DNA of 64,000 bases. It comes from the human T2T-CHM13v2.0 reference genome, Homo sapiens. The notes below the pieces were generated by a model. That model worked only from the letters and a program-made list of their open reading frames with translations, did not search any database and was not told the origin of the DNA. A program made the position numbers and the translations under genes. Location: assembly GCF_009914755.1 (NCBI RefSeq), contig NC_060931.1; one strand, given 5' to 3'. Positions 14,746 to 29,946 of the stretch are shown one piece after another (position 1 is the stretch's first letter; each line of letters begins with the position of its first letter).

Positions 14746-15264
14746 CCATCTAAAATTTGATGGCAATGTCTTGGCTTTAGATCTGGAGTCTTTGTGCCAC
14801 GACTTGGCTGATATTTATCAGCCTCATTAAACAAATGAGTGGGAAGTGAACAGAAAGGATCATGACAAACAATGGCTGTGTGTGGAGGACACCGTGGGAT
14901 GTCACTTGCTGTGCTTTCTCAGTCCTGAATCTCCCTATCTGCCATCTCCCTGCCTATGAATAGCAGTGCATCACATATACGCTGCCACAATTCTAGGGGT
15001 GCAAACTGATGCCATCTCCTTATGTCTTGTCTTGTTTTTCCCACGGTCCCCCCCTGACTTCATGACTTAACAGATCTACTAATTAAATATATGTTCTTCT
15101 TCTAACAAAATAGATTGTCCTTTATTTCAGTACAATCTAACAAGGAAGGAATGCAAACATGAAGCTCGTAGGAAGAACAGTAGATTTTATCAGTCTGTCT
15201 TTCTATTAGTAGGATTACTATGTATAAGATATAACCTATCTACAAGAGACAGCTTGATAAATTT

Positions 15265-15267
<3 letters not shown>

Positions 15268-15309
<42 letters not shown>
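15268..15309. repeat. (GT)21 microsatellite
   Basis: Pure GT run, read directly. Confidence 0.98.
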
Positions 15310-15310
<1 letters not shown>

Positions 15311-15865
15311 CACCACCCAGGTCAACATTCAAAAATACTTCCAAAGCTTCAAAAGGCCCCTTCGTGCTTTTTCCCTGGGTAATGTCTTCCCATAAAATTA
15401 ACCATCATTCTGAATTCTACTCCCATAGAGTAGTCTTATCTGTTCTTGAACTTCAAATAAGTGGAGTCTTATAGTGTATAGTCTTTTGTCTGGCTTCTTT
15501 GTCCCATCATTGTCTTTGAGATTCATGCAGGTGGTTGTGTACAGCGGTAGTTCATTTTTACACTATCACCATTGTAACCATCTATTGCCTGTGTTATCCT
15601 TTCTGCTATTGATGGGCATTTAAGGAGTTTCTACTTTTGGCCTTTTATAAATGTAGCTGCGAGCATTAGTGTGTGTCTTTTGGTGGACACATGCAATAAG
15701 GATTGGGGTACATACCTAGCAGTAGAATTGCTGAGTCATAGGGTAATTGCCTCTGAGGCTTTTGTAAATACTATCAGTTCTACATTTCCACCAGGAATGT
15801 ATGCAACTTCTACTTTCTCCCCAAGCTCACCAACACTTGGTATTATTCGTTTTTTAATTTTGGCT

Positions 15866-16006
15866 ATAATTATAATAATAATAATTATTATTTGTAGAGA
15901 TGAGATCTTGCTTTGTTGCCCAGGCTGGTCTCCAATTCTTGGCCTCAAGCAATCCTCCTGCCTTGACCTCTCATGGATGACAGATTTGAGCCACCACAGC
16001 CTGCCT
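15866..16006 (-). mobile_element. FLAM/Alu monomer
   Basis: Single left-arm monomer with an ATA/ATT tail; approximate TSD taatttt(g/a)gc. Confidence 0.85.
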
Positions 16007-16417
16007 AATTTTAGCCATTATGATGGGTGTGTAGCAATATCTCTTTGAGGCTTTTGGTTGCATTTTCATGATGAGTAATGACGTTTTGCCTTTGTCCATA
16101 TGCTTATTTGTCATTTGCATGTCCTTTTTCATGAACTGTCTACTCAAGTCTATTGCCTATTTCTAATTGGCTTGTCTTTGTCTTATCAATTTGCAGGAGT
16201 TCTTGACATATTTGAGATATGAGTTCTCTGTCAGGTCTGTGTATTATGAATATCTCCCCCTCTTTTGCAAAGTAAATATTTTCCTATTTGTCTTCTCCTT
16301 TTGCTGCTGGATTGAAATGCCCTTATTAATATGGAAAATTCTACCCATCTTAGGAACTTGCAGGACTGTATGAGAGGCTACTTGCCTTGCTACTGTGATT
16401 TGTCCTTTCACAATCTA

Positions 16418-16722
16418 TTTTTTTTTTTTTTTTGAGACAGAGTCTCACTCTGTCACCCAGGCTGGAGTGCGGTGGTACAATCTCAGCTCACTGCAAGCTC
16501 TGCCTCTGGGGTTCAAGTAAATCTCTTGCCTCAGCCAATGGAGTAGCTGGGACTACAGGCACACACCACCACACCTGGCTAATTTTTGTATTTTTAGTGG
16601 AGACGGGGTTTCACCATGTTGGACAGGCTGGTCTCGAACTCCTGACCTCGTGATCCACCCCCACCCCACCCCCCAGCCTCCTAAAATGCTGGGATTACAG
16701 GTGTGAGCCACTGCGTCCGGCC
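16418..16722 (-). mobile_element. AluS with a C-rich micro-expansion
   Basis: TSD tcctttcacaatct at 16403 and 16723. Confidence 0.95.
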
Positions 16723-17359
16723 TCCTTTCACAATCTTAATCATGCCTCTTTATGGACAGCAGTTTTGAATGGTCATGAAGTCAATTTATCCACTCTGAAT
16801 TTCTGGCTGGTGCCTTTTCTGCTATGTTTAAGAATTTGTTTCCCCCTATGTCATGAATCTAGTCTATGCATTTATCTAAAAGTTTTATTTGTTTCACCTT
16901 TCACAGGTCTGTGATCCATGTCTAATAAATTTTTGAGTATGGTATGAGAGAGGGGTCAGGATTCATTTTTTTCCATACAAATATCCAATTGATCTCACCC
17001 ATTTATAAAGAGGACCATCCTTTTCTGCCCCTCACTCAACTGCAGTGGTGTCTTTGTTGCCAATCAGATGTGTGGGAGAGGTTTCTTGCTGTGCAATACT
17101 CTAAGAGAAGTACCTTCTCCTCAGTCCTAAATGTACCCCAGGATTTTTCTATATTAATAAGAGCATTCCAATCTAGAAGCAAATGGAAGGAAAAACATTT
17201 ACTTTGCATCTGATCACTTAATAAAAGAAAAAGACTATGAATAATGGACCAACTCATTTCATGAAGATAAAAACTGAGCCCACAGATGCTTCAATATTAC
17301 AATTTAATTAAACCCAGTAAGCACTGATTCTGTCCACTGGCTGCTGGCTGTGAGCTCAA

Positions 17360-17662
17360 TTTTTTTTTTTTTTTTTTTTTTTGAGACAAGGTCTTGCTCT
17401 GTCACCCAGGCTGGAGTGCAGTGGTGCAGGCTCAGCTCACTGCAACATCTGATTCCTGGGCTCAAGTGATCCTCCCATCTCAGCCTCCCCAGTAGCTGGG
17501 ACTACAGGCATGTACTACCACATTTGGCTAATTTTTAAGTTTTTTGTAGAGATAGAGTCTTGCTGTGTTGCCCAGGCTTGTCTCGAACTTCTAGGATCAA
17601 GCGATCCTCCTGCCTCGGTCTCCCAAAGTGCTGGGATTACAGGCATGAGCCACCCCTTGGCC
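17360..17662 (-). mobile_element. AluJ
   Basis: gggctcaagtgatcctcccatctcagcc (J diagnostic) and a poly(T) tail. Confidence 0.93.
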
Positions 17663-18564
17663 AGAAAAGATATTCCATTGACTGTGATCTCCACGAGGGT
17701 CCTGGAGTTGATCAACATTATCTAAATAAAGGGAATTTTTTTCTCAAGAAGTTCTTGCTCTTCTCATGAAATCCATCCTAAGCTAAGGACATGGGGAGGG
17801 CAATGGAGGAGAATAGGATTTGTTCCCAGGAACAAAAGTTGCCAGGTGCACAGACAACCACATGCTGCTCCTCACCGAGACGGGAAGGCATATCCCAGTC
17901 CGAGGTGGGAGGGGCCAGCAGGATCTGGCAGGGACGTCACCATGAGTTGCTGTTTGTGTCTGTTGCCTGAACTTCTTGAAGTCCCACTCACAGCCTGGCC
18001 AAAACTGCCCACTAGGGACTCTCTCCTCATCTGTAAAGTCTGTCCTGCAGATACATTCTCTGAGTCCTTCGGTTTGGTTTTGTGCCTTCATCATCTGCTT
18101 GTGGGCTGCTATGTTGGGCACTGACCCACACAGGCAGTGAGACCCTCAGAGGGGCCCCACCTGCTGCCAAGAGGCTCCTGACAGGGGCTGAGTGCCTTTG
18201 CTCTAGGTTCCAGAGCATCTGTCAAGCCCCTTATCTGTGTATGGCTTGAGCTGACCACCAGCACTGTTGTCCTTCACCCCATTAACTGATGGCATCGGAA
18301 GCCAAGGCTATGCTCCAGTGGGCATGGTTCATCCTTGGTGTGGAAATCAGAAGCATCCTGGGAACATCTGCACAGGCCAACAGGCTCCTGTGAGATGGGC
18401 ATTTCACCCAGGGATCCTGAGGTCCCTTTGTTGTCGCCCTCAGAAGCCTTTGCAGTGGCTAAGAACTGGCTATTACTTCAGTTAAGTTTTCACAAAGCTA
18501 CTTCATACAGTAGGTTGACAATAGTTACCCTTTTTTATGTTCACCTTAAATTATGCTCAGTTAT

Positions 18565-18945
18565 TAGATTAGTCTACATAAGCGAAGCTGTGCTGGAGTT
18601 AACAACAACAACAAATTCCAGAATCTCCACTGCTTAACACAACACCAATGTATTTGCCTTTCCCAAAAAATTCTCCATGAGAGTGGGAGAAGCCCAGGGC
18701 AGCTGTCCTCTGGGGCTGCAGTCTTGCTCCACCAATGCAGCATGGGGTCCTGTGTTCCTGGTGGAGGGGATGACAAGAAGGCTCAAGGGGCATAGTGTCA
18801 GTTGGAAGCCACAAATGTCACTATGGCTCATGGTTCACTGGCTAGAAGTGGTCCCATTGCCCTGCTTAGCTGCAAGGGGTCTGGGAAGTACAGTCTTCCT
18901 GGAACCTAGGGTGGAGAGAATTGGATACTGATGGCCAGCAGTGTT
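18565..18945. mobile_element. Old MLT1 (J/K/L-type) LTR
   Basis: gcttaacacaacac...cactggctagaagtggtccc...gctgcaaggggtctgggaagtacagtc. Confidence 0.65.
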
Positions 18946-20515
18946 GGCTACAACAGCCATGTTGTCCATCAAGCTCTAGACATTGACATGGCCCAGGCGA
19001 TGCACAACATCTCATGTAAAACCCACTAGTTCTGGGTGGTTTGCTGCCACCCATAACATTGAACACGCCCATTGTATAGCCCAGGCCTTGTTCCATGAAG
19101 TGACTTTGTCTCCTGAAATGAGCCCCTTCTTCCCACAAAATTTTTGCCTCTCCCATTTTCTTTAATTCATGATTCTATTTGTTTCAGCCAGAGGAATGTT
19201 TCTCAGATCTCTGGGTAGAGTCTGGGTTCCTTGTGCAGCAATCGTAGCCCCATGAACTGGTGTATAAATCAGACTCTGAACTTAAATTACTTCAATCCCA
19301 AGTCTTCTGTGCACTATTGTTAGGGCCCTCTGGTTAGAGCTGTATGATGCCGTTGACTTCAAGATCATTAATGCACACCCCTTAGATTTTCCAACCTAAA
19401 ATTAAAGCAGTGCTTAGTTGATTGAAAAAATGCAATACTGCTGCAAATTAGGGAGATACCTTGCCTTCCCTTCTTGAGTGTTTTGTGAGTTTTGTATCTG
19501 AAATTTCAAATGCCTAGGGAGGTTTGCAGAGCCTCGCAGTCATTACAGAAGTAGAGTTTTGGTTGTGACCTGGCAACCATGCAGCAGGCTGAGAAAACAG
19601 GATGAGTTGCTTCTCTACCTCCTAGGCTAGGTTCATCTGTGCGGAATTCGTTCAGCCCCACTGCGAGGAGGCAGGGGTGATGCATGCTGGAGACTGTCCT
19701 AGAGAGCACATCCCAGCGTGGGGTTCTTTTTAAGAGTAATTGAGGAAGAGACATATTCGGTAAGATTTCACAAGAGGCCTCAGGGAATAGTGGAATAAAT
19801 CCTCCAGAAAACATTGATCACACCTGACCCCTTTCCTCGTAGTGTTTTGAGAAAAGGATGGTGATCCCTTCTGCAGAACCTGTCATTTTCTGTTCTCCCG
19901 CACTTTCCTTCATTGCTCCTTCTGAAGGAGATGATGCCTTGGAGCTTTTTAAAATGCCAGATTATTGCTGTAAAATGTAATGCAATACAAGGACAGATCA
20001 AATTTATGGAATGCCTTTTATGAGACTATCCCAAAGGGCTCTGTATAATGGCTATAAAATTGTGAAACACGTTGTGGAACAGATTTAATTTTTAAAGCAG
20101 CTGAAAATATCTATTAATGATTTACCATCATTATTCCTCATCAGAGGTCTTTAGGAATACTAATAAAATGACTCTACCTACAATTATTTCCATCCGAGTG
20201 TTTCTTCGTGGAATTCAATCTGAGCTTATAGCATGAAATTGGCCAATCAAAATAATGTTCTGGAGGAAAAAAAAAACTGGAATTGTTTCAGCTGAAGAGC
20301 CCTCTGATTTTGTCATTTTTTCCCTCCCCATGCCTTTACCAGCTGTTCACCTTCACCTTGGCTTTTGCTCAGTTTTGACTTGCTCACAATTATGCATTGC
20401 CCACACGTTAGGGTGAAATAAATTTGATGGACATTTGTTGGCCCTTGGGTTCTTGTGGGACAAGACAGGTGGGTCTAGGATTATTGTGTACTGTGCCATA
20501 TCCCAGTCCTATCCA

Positions 20516-20805
<290 letters not shown>

Positions 20806-21771
20806 TCCTACCCGTTCTTGAAGATGCAACTCAAGGCCCTAGCCTTATTGAGTAGAAGTTGTGATTGCGTCCCCAGCTTTCATTCCACCTCCCCCCATTG
20901 CTTCTCTGCCATGCCGTTTGGAAATCATTGACTTCACACCCAGCCCCTGCACATGGGAGCCTGGACTGGTCCCTCTGTGTGTTAACAGCATCTCCCCTGC
21001 CGGAATACTGCGCACCTGACGTGGACCTAGACGATCACCACATGGTATTTCCCACCACAGGCACTGGTTCAGGTGTGATCCATTCAGAGCGTAGGTCAGG
21101 AATTTTGTTCCACAAGTTGGGAGGCTACACTCTCTCCTTCTGAATATGCCCCGGGAAGCCTGCTGCCCTCATTGCTGCCAGCAGCCAATTTGTGTCCATG
21201 AGGCAAGCCCATCCGCAGATAGAATGGCACTCAGAGGGGGCAAAGCCAAGATGATCACAGAGCAGGTGAGACAGAAATCTCGTTGAACCATACCGAAAAT
21301 CCTATCTGCTGCTGGCTTTACACAGCTCAATAAACCAATTAAATCACTTAAGTGAGTTGGAGCTGTATGTTCTCTTATGTGTGTTCCAGAGTCCTTGGAG
21401 TCCTTGGAAGCTCCTGTCCCAGTGCCTGTTTCCGTGCTGGGCATGTGGATAACTGAATACAAGGAAAGCTGCGGAAGGGTGATTATGTGGTCACAGGATG
21501 AAGCGTCTCCCCAATCACTGCTCAGAGAAGACCACTGCCCAGTGTCCTTTAGAGCCTGGACATCTCAGGCCCAGTTGAGACAAGCATTGTTCCAGGGGGT
21601 CCAAGCTGATAAGAAGGACACAGAATCAGGGTAGTTTTTAGATTAGTGGCAATATTTTAAGGTTAAATAGATGATCACGTAGTGCAATTCGACTGTCTGC
21701 CTGGATTCCAGCCAACAAATCAATCACCCCAGGCAGACTGAATATTGGACCCAAGAGAGAAAGGAAAATTT

Positions 21772-22146
<375 letters not shown>

Positions 22147-24029
22147 TCAGAAACTATAGTTGGCTGAGCCTTTGGGGTGGCTGCCTTTGTGCCCACAGCT
22201 GGTCAGTATGGGAGATGGCAGGGCTCACCGATTCAGTGCAACAAGCGCTTCTTGGGCACCTGTGCTGTGTGGGGAATACAGAAAGGCATATCCTTGAGAA
22301 AGTCATGATGGGGCTTCTGAGTGAGAAAAAAAAGAGAACAGAAGGAGACAGATCACAGAGCCTCCTTCCTTCAACACACACAAAATAAATATATAAATAA
22401 AAGTCAGCAATGAGGTGGGGACTGGGGGGTCATGCTTCAGGCCATAAGCCTGGAAAAGTGACCTCTAAGGTAGGGAAAAATAATACCATAAGAAGCAACA
22501 TAAAATTTTCATGAGTGGCTCAAGCTGTAAAAGGTCTTAATAATAACAGGTATTGGATAGTGTTCAATCAGAGATGTGACTGGCCTGGAGGAAGGAACTT
22601 AGTATAGGAGGCAGATCTGGTGCAACCGTGGAGCTCCTTAGGCCATCTGGGGGAGGCTGTTGCCTCTGCATCTGCCGCTGGGCCTGAGGCTGTCCAGCAG
22701 GAAGGAAAGATGGACAGGGAGGCTGAGCAGCCTGGAACCGCACCTGCCTCTCACCCCTCTCATAGCGATGACGTGGCCACCTGCAGGAGGGGCTGCACGT
22801 GCCCCCAGCCCCAGATGTCACAGGCTGAAGGTGGTGTCCCAGCATGCGCTGCCCTGTGGCAGGTGAGCCAGAGGGGTCACAGACGACAGGCATGAGCCCC
22901 AGCAGTACCTGCCCTGAGCTCCCTTGCAGAGCATGGCAGTGGCTGCACTAGCACGCCCCCTCCAAGTCTCTTTGAGCTCTCTTCTGGCCAGTCCCAACCC
23001 AAAACCAAAAGGGAAGGGATGTCAGGGAAATGTAGGCCCCACAACTAAATAGACATATTCTGAAACAAGAACTCAAGGCAACAACAGTCACATGGCATGG
23101 TAAGACTAAAAGGATGTGGCAAGCTGAGAACAAAGATTTAGAGCGAGAACACCCTTTCAGCCATGGGCAGAAAGGGCCTCGAGACAGAGAAGAATGATGT
23201 CTGGTCTCAGTGTCTTCTGAATCTCCAAAATATCTGGCACAGAGTTGCTCACAGGTAGGTGGTCAACGTGTGCCAGGTAACCAAGAAATCACCTCTCTGG
23301 GCTGGATGAATCCAGGTAATTACAGGGCCTCATGGCAGGCACCCCGGCTCCAGCCACCACCTATGTGTGGGTGCTATTGACCTCTCTGGGATGTGGCCCT
23401 CCCGGATGCAGCCACTATCATCCTTCCATGACACTCCCACCATTCCCTCACCCTACATCTGCTTGTCATTGTAGAGTGGGTCCCTTTGGGGTTGCAGACT
23501 AGAGTGCGATAGGATCTACATTCTAGTCCTGGCTTTGACCCTGACCTGTTGTGACCCTGATGTGAGAGGGCCTTCCGTCTTTTCCAGTCCTGAAGCTCCT
23601 GCATTCCACGGTTCGCTGCTCTTTGGAGGAAGGGTGCCCGGCAAGCTCAGCAGAGGCCTCTCCTGTCCAGGGGGTTCTCACTGTCCAGGCTGTGGTTTTA
23701 TAGTGGCCGTAAATGCAACACACAGGGGCCGCGTGGTCTGCAGCACTGGTCACCAAGGTGCATTTTCTCCACTGTGTTTCCATGTCACCCTTTCCCTTCC
23801 TTCCAGTTTTATAGCCCCGTAGCTTTCCTGGGACACCACTCCCTCGGCAGTCTCTAGTGAAATGTCGGAGCTGCTTGCTGCTCAAAATCCATGCATCTAG
23901 TTTGACAGACACAGAGCAGAGACATTGCAACAAAAATGATCAGCTCGAGTGGGCACTCCTCCATCATCTTCTAGTCCCCGTGTGGTTCAGTCTCCACTTC
24001 TAGGGGTGAGAGAAGGCAGAAAGCAGGCC

Positions 24030-24190
24030 TAATTCAGGAGACAAGAGACCTGGGTTCTCCTCAGTGCTCTGCCTGGAACTTGCTATGTGACCTTGGGCAA
24101 GTCAGTTAATTTCTCTGGTTCTCATATTTGTAAAATGAGGTTTTAGATTGGGATTCCTTCTAAACTCCTTTCCAGCTTTTATATTCAATA
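24030..24190. mobile_element. MIR/MIR3 fragment
   Basis: agacctgggttct...tgtgaccttgggcaagtca...tgtaaaatgagg. Confidence 0.75.
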
Positions 24191-24462
24191 ATTTATGAGT
24201 TGCAAAAGTTTCAAAGCTACAGAAAGCTTAATCCTTTTTGACTGATTTCATTAATACAAATGAAGGAAGAGACCCTGGCAGTTTAGGAAAAGCATCCAAG
24301 AAGCTAGAGCACTGCTCTTTTGTGCTGATGACTTTGGGGATCCTAGGGAGGGAAAGCTCCTTATTGCTTAATCCTTATCTCTCCAACAAGCTAAACTCAA
24401 AGTCCTTTAATCAAATCTAATAAGCTCAGCTAGGCTTTGGAATGGAGCTGGGAAATGACTAA

Positions 24463-24893
<431 letters not shown>

Positions 24894-25312
24894 AATTTAG
24901 AACTTTTTAATGAAGAAAGACACATCTTTCTGCCTCTATGATGCCAACTTCTACATTGCTTAGACAAATAGTTCCAAAATCTCAAAATTGTAGACTTTTT
25001 TTGTTTTAGTCTGCTTACTAAGTGATTTGGGAGCACACGTTGACTGCTTTGTCAGAGAAATTCCTCATTCAAAAAACAAAATGAAAGACAGACCCCCAAA
25101 ATCCCACAACCGCTCTAAATTACAGTCTTTAAAAATAGATACAAACTTAGTCTAACTCTGTCTCTCTTTCTCTCTCTAAAAGTTCATCTCTGCCTCTCAG
25201 TAATGTATTTTCTTTCTAGAAAAAATTTCATCTATCTCCTCCAAGGTTTTACATCACAGAGATCTTGGGGCCACTGACTTGTCTTACACCAGTGTTGCTG
25301 ATAAGAAGGTGC

Positions 25313-26040
25313 TGTGATGGTTAATTTTATGTGTTGTTTGACTGGGCTACAGAGGGCCCAGACTGTTGGTCAAAAATTGTTCTGTGTGTGTCTGCGAGGG
25401 TGATTCTGGATGAGATTAACGTTTGAACAGGTAGGCCGAGTAAGGCAGAGTGGGTGGGCTTCATTTAATCAGGTGAAGGCCTAAACAGGACAAAGAAAGC
25501 TAAAAAAGCATGAGTTTCTCCTGCCTGCCTGCCTGCCTGCTTTTGAGCTGGGACATCCATTCTTTCCTGTCTTCAAACTCAAGCCAAAACATCAACTATT
25601 CTTGGGTCTCGACCCTGCAGCTACACTGTCAGCTCTCCTGGGTCTCCAGCTTGTAGACTCAGCCTGCAGATCTTGGGACTTTTTGTCCTCCATAATCATA
25701 TGAGTTGATTCCTTATAGTAGTAAATCTCTCTCTCTTCCTTTCCATATGGACAGTAATGTATTTTCTTTCTAGAAAAAATTTTATCATTTTTTCATATGT
25801 CCATATGGAAAATTTTTATCAATTTTCCATATGGACAGGGAGAGAGAGAGAGATTTACTACCATAGGAAATTGGCATATATATATATATATATATATATA
25901 TGCATGCTGTTTTTTCACATGTATATGGAGAGAGAGAGTGACAGAGATTTACTCATATATATGTTGGGAATTGGCCCATATATATAGATATATGTTCTGT
26001 TTCTCCACATATATATGGGTATGTATATATGTGTGTGTGT

Positions 26041-26081
<41 letters not shown>

Positions 26082-26130
26082 GTGTGTGTGTATATAGGTT
26101 CTGTTTCTGCAGGGAACCCTGACTAATGCA
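25313..26130 (+). mobile_element. MLT2 (about MLT2D) ERVL solo LTR with a rearranged, TA/TG-expanded interior
   Basis: Starts tgtgatggttaattttatgtg and ends ggttctgtttctgcagggaaccctgactaatgca. Confidence 0.9.
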
Positions 26131-27560
26131 AGCCCCTTGTATTTTAGTTGCTTGAGTCTCCTACGGGAGGGTCAAGTTAGCCCATTTTCTACTTCTGAGT
26201 TCTGCTCTGTAGGGAAAAGTGTCATAACTAAGGCTGAGTGTGTACTTGGGGACTCCAGGGTTGATAGAAGCATTGGCTAGTGTTTCCGTTTGCATACCAA
26301 TTGAGTAAAATGAAGACTTACCAACAGTTTGGAAACCCTCCGATGCTCCTACAGGGCCCCTGAAGAGCCATTTTCAACAGTGATGAATGTGCTGCTTCAA
26401 TAGGAAGACTTCACTCCTGCAGCTGTCAATCAACTCTGCACCAAGGCCCCTGTGTTCGGGGCAATGTCGGTGTAACTGCTATCCTTCCAGTTTCCTGATG
26501 TTTTCCTGTGCTTCAGAATTCAGTCTACTCCAAGTTACAAGGGTGCCAAAGCCATGTGAATGACAGCCTTAACACGTGGCCAGCTGTCCCCTGTGCTTCA
26601 TGCAACCACATGCTGGAGCAGAGAGGTTAAGTGCTGGGCACTTTCCTTCTCCTAGGGCGATCACAGTCAGCAACGGAGATTCATGGCAGCCATTTTGGGC
26701 TCTTGTTGCATCGTTTGTCATGAAAATGAGGTATTAGAATTTCAGTGCCTAATATGCTTCGTGAGTTATAGCGGAGAGGAGAGCTGTGCCTTTGGTATTT
26801 CCGATAATATGTAGCTTTGTCAAAAGCTGATGGCGAACGATCAGTTCAAACGTGCCTTGGAAAAGCACACTCTTCATGTCAAACGGCTTACATTGTGGAA
26901 AAAAATTACCATCTGTCAAAATGCGGATGGGAAGAAGCTCGCACGCCTAGAGGAAGCCATTTTCACCCTCAGAAAGTTCTTTTAAGGTGACATCTCGATG
27001 ACGGGCAGGGGCCCTCCATGGCAGCCTGAGTGACAGCAGCCTGGCTGCGGCTTTCTGACTGCAGGTGCCCCACTCAGGGCTGGTGCTCCCAGGAGCCCAG
27101 GCCTGGCCCTGCGTGTAGGAGAAAGCAGCTGTCTAGAAGGAGCTGTTTTAAAGTTCCCCACGGAACATCAGTTTACCTAAAACTATTTCCTACCCACCCA
27201 GAATCGTGCTCAGGATGGTCACCGTTTGATTTATGTTGTAGGAGCCATCTGGAGATCGATGCATTTAACTAAATTAAACTTCTATCCTCCCAGGAAAAGA
27301 ATATACATTCACCAGCTTGTGGGGCTCTTGTAAAGGGAAAAACTAGGGCCAATTGTTGAGAGCTCTAGGGAGGAAGATTTTAATTCAGTTAGGACCCAAA
27401 ATGGAAAGGGTTCTTGACAAAGAACTCCCTGATGCTGGGCACATTCTGATAATGGCCATAGCGGATGGGAAGTGGGGTCAGGTGGGCACTAGGGTTCTTT
27501 TTGACTCAGACGGTCTATAATTTTATAATGAAGAATGGGGAGCACAAGGGGATTCTCTTC

Positions 27561-27855
27561 TTTTTTTTTCTGTTTATTTTTTTTTGAGCTGGAGTCTCAA
27601 TCTGTCACCCAGTGGCTCCATCTTGACTCACTGCAACCTCTGCCTCCCAGGTTCAACTGATTCTCCTGCCTCAGCCACCCAAGTATCTGGGATTACAGAT
27701 GTGTGCCACCACGCCCGGGTAATTTTTGTATTTTTAGTAGAGACGAGGTTTCTCCACGTTGGCCAGGCTGGTCTCAAACTCCTGGCCTCAAGTGATCCAT
27801 CTGCCTGGGCCTCCCAAAGTGCCGGGATTACAGGCATGAGCCACTGCTCCCAGCC
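27561..27855 (-). mobile_element. AluS
   Basis: Dimeric Alu with a small deletion. Confidence 0.93.
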
Positions 27856-28688
27856 TCTTCTTTGGAAAGCCAATTAATAATGTTAGTAGATGACTGGGCA
27901 GGAAAATCTAGGCCTGGTCCTGTTCCATAGATTCCCCTGGGTGATCCACATCACTTCTCTAGTTTCCATCTATTAAATAAATGGACTGTTCTCAGTCTCC
28001 GGGGGCACTTCCCATTCTGATATCCCACAGTTCTCTGAGCCTGGTTAAGTCATGTAGAATCCTTCTGATTACGTTAGAATGGCAGAATAATAATATAGCA
28101 CCAGAGTGAAGAGAGGGCAAGCTTTGTACCAATTCTAAGTGATTGGTCGTGGCTACTTAGAACACTGCTCCAAAGAAGGATTGGAGGCTAAGTTCAGAGA
28201 TGACTGGGAGGTATTTCCATAAATAGTGAGGGGCATCTGCCAACGGGGGTGGTGTGGGGAAATGCTGACGATGAACCATGACAGTTCACCATCCTGCAGC
28301 AGATCCTTGGAAATTCAGCTTCCCCTGTTTCGACCATCACAGGTGATCGATGGCCCATGACATGGCCAGGAAGAGGGAGTGTCTGAAGTAGGCTGAGAGG
28401 CTGAGTGAGGGCTGCTGGTCACAGGCAGGAAGATCTCCGAGGCCTTGGGCCTGGAACTGCAGCTCTGAGCTCATTGCCTGGGACTGTAGCTTCTTCCTCA
28501 CCATAAGACATTGTTGTTCTCTCTTTATCATGTCTGAAGTTATTCTTTAAGCCTTTCAGGTGCATTTTATTCCATTTTATGGGGGAAATAACTGATTTTG
28601 AAGATCTGAGAAGGCTTCTGGAAAAAAATCACTCATAAATGTTGAGAGTGCATTGTAGAAAGCCTTCCCTACAGTACAGAAATGTTTA

Positions 28689-29141
<453 letters not shown>

Positions 29142-29148
29142 TCAATCA

Positions 29149-29554
<406 letters not shown>

Positions 29555-29596
29555 TCAGAGGTGCACTATGCATCCTTTATGTGCCTTTTATCTCCT

Positions 29597-29946
29597 TTTA
29601 TTATTTTATTTTTTAAATTGACAGATAAAATTGTATGTATTTACCATGTGCAACATGATGTTTTGATATATGTATATACATTGTGAATGCATAAATCTAA
29701 CTAAAATACACATTACCTCACGTATTTACAACTTTTATGGTGAGAACACTTAATATGCACTCCGTTAGCATTTTTTCAAGAATATAGTATGTTATTAACC
29801 ATAGTCACCATGTTGCACAAGTCTGTCGAACTTATTCCTCCTGTCTAACTGAAATTTTGTATCCTTTAACCAACATCTCCCCAGTCCTCCACCCTTCAAT
29901 GTCCCAGCTTCTGGTAAACACTATTTCTATTTCTATGAAATCAACC
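29597..29946 (-). mobile_element. L1MA 3' fragment
   Basis: ttaaattgacagataaaattgtatgtattt...aactgaaattttgtatccttt. Confidence 0.88.

Larger units (their letters stand above)
15310..17070 (-). mobile_element. Old L1ME/L1MD fragments hosting a FLAM and an Alu
   Basis: Typical antisense L1M text (gtagaattgctgagtcatagggt; ttgcattttcatgatgagtaatg; ttttccatacaaatatccaattg). Confidence 0.8.

Noticed and set aside
16655-16674. C-rich expansion in an Alu as a possible G4
   Set aside because: Only three full G-tracts plus GG; probably slippage.
22947-22965. Possible CTCF site (AGGGGGCG on the - strand)
   Set aside because: Lacks the 5' CC of the core motif.
23570-23760. Plus-strand acceptor ccttccgtcttttccag as a possible exon start
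   Set aside because: No strong downstream donor or coding signal.
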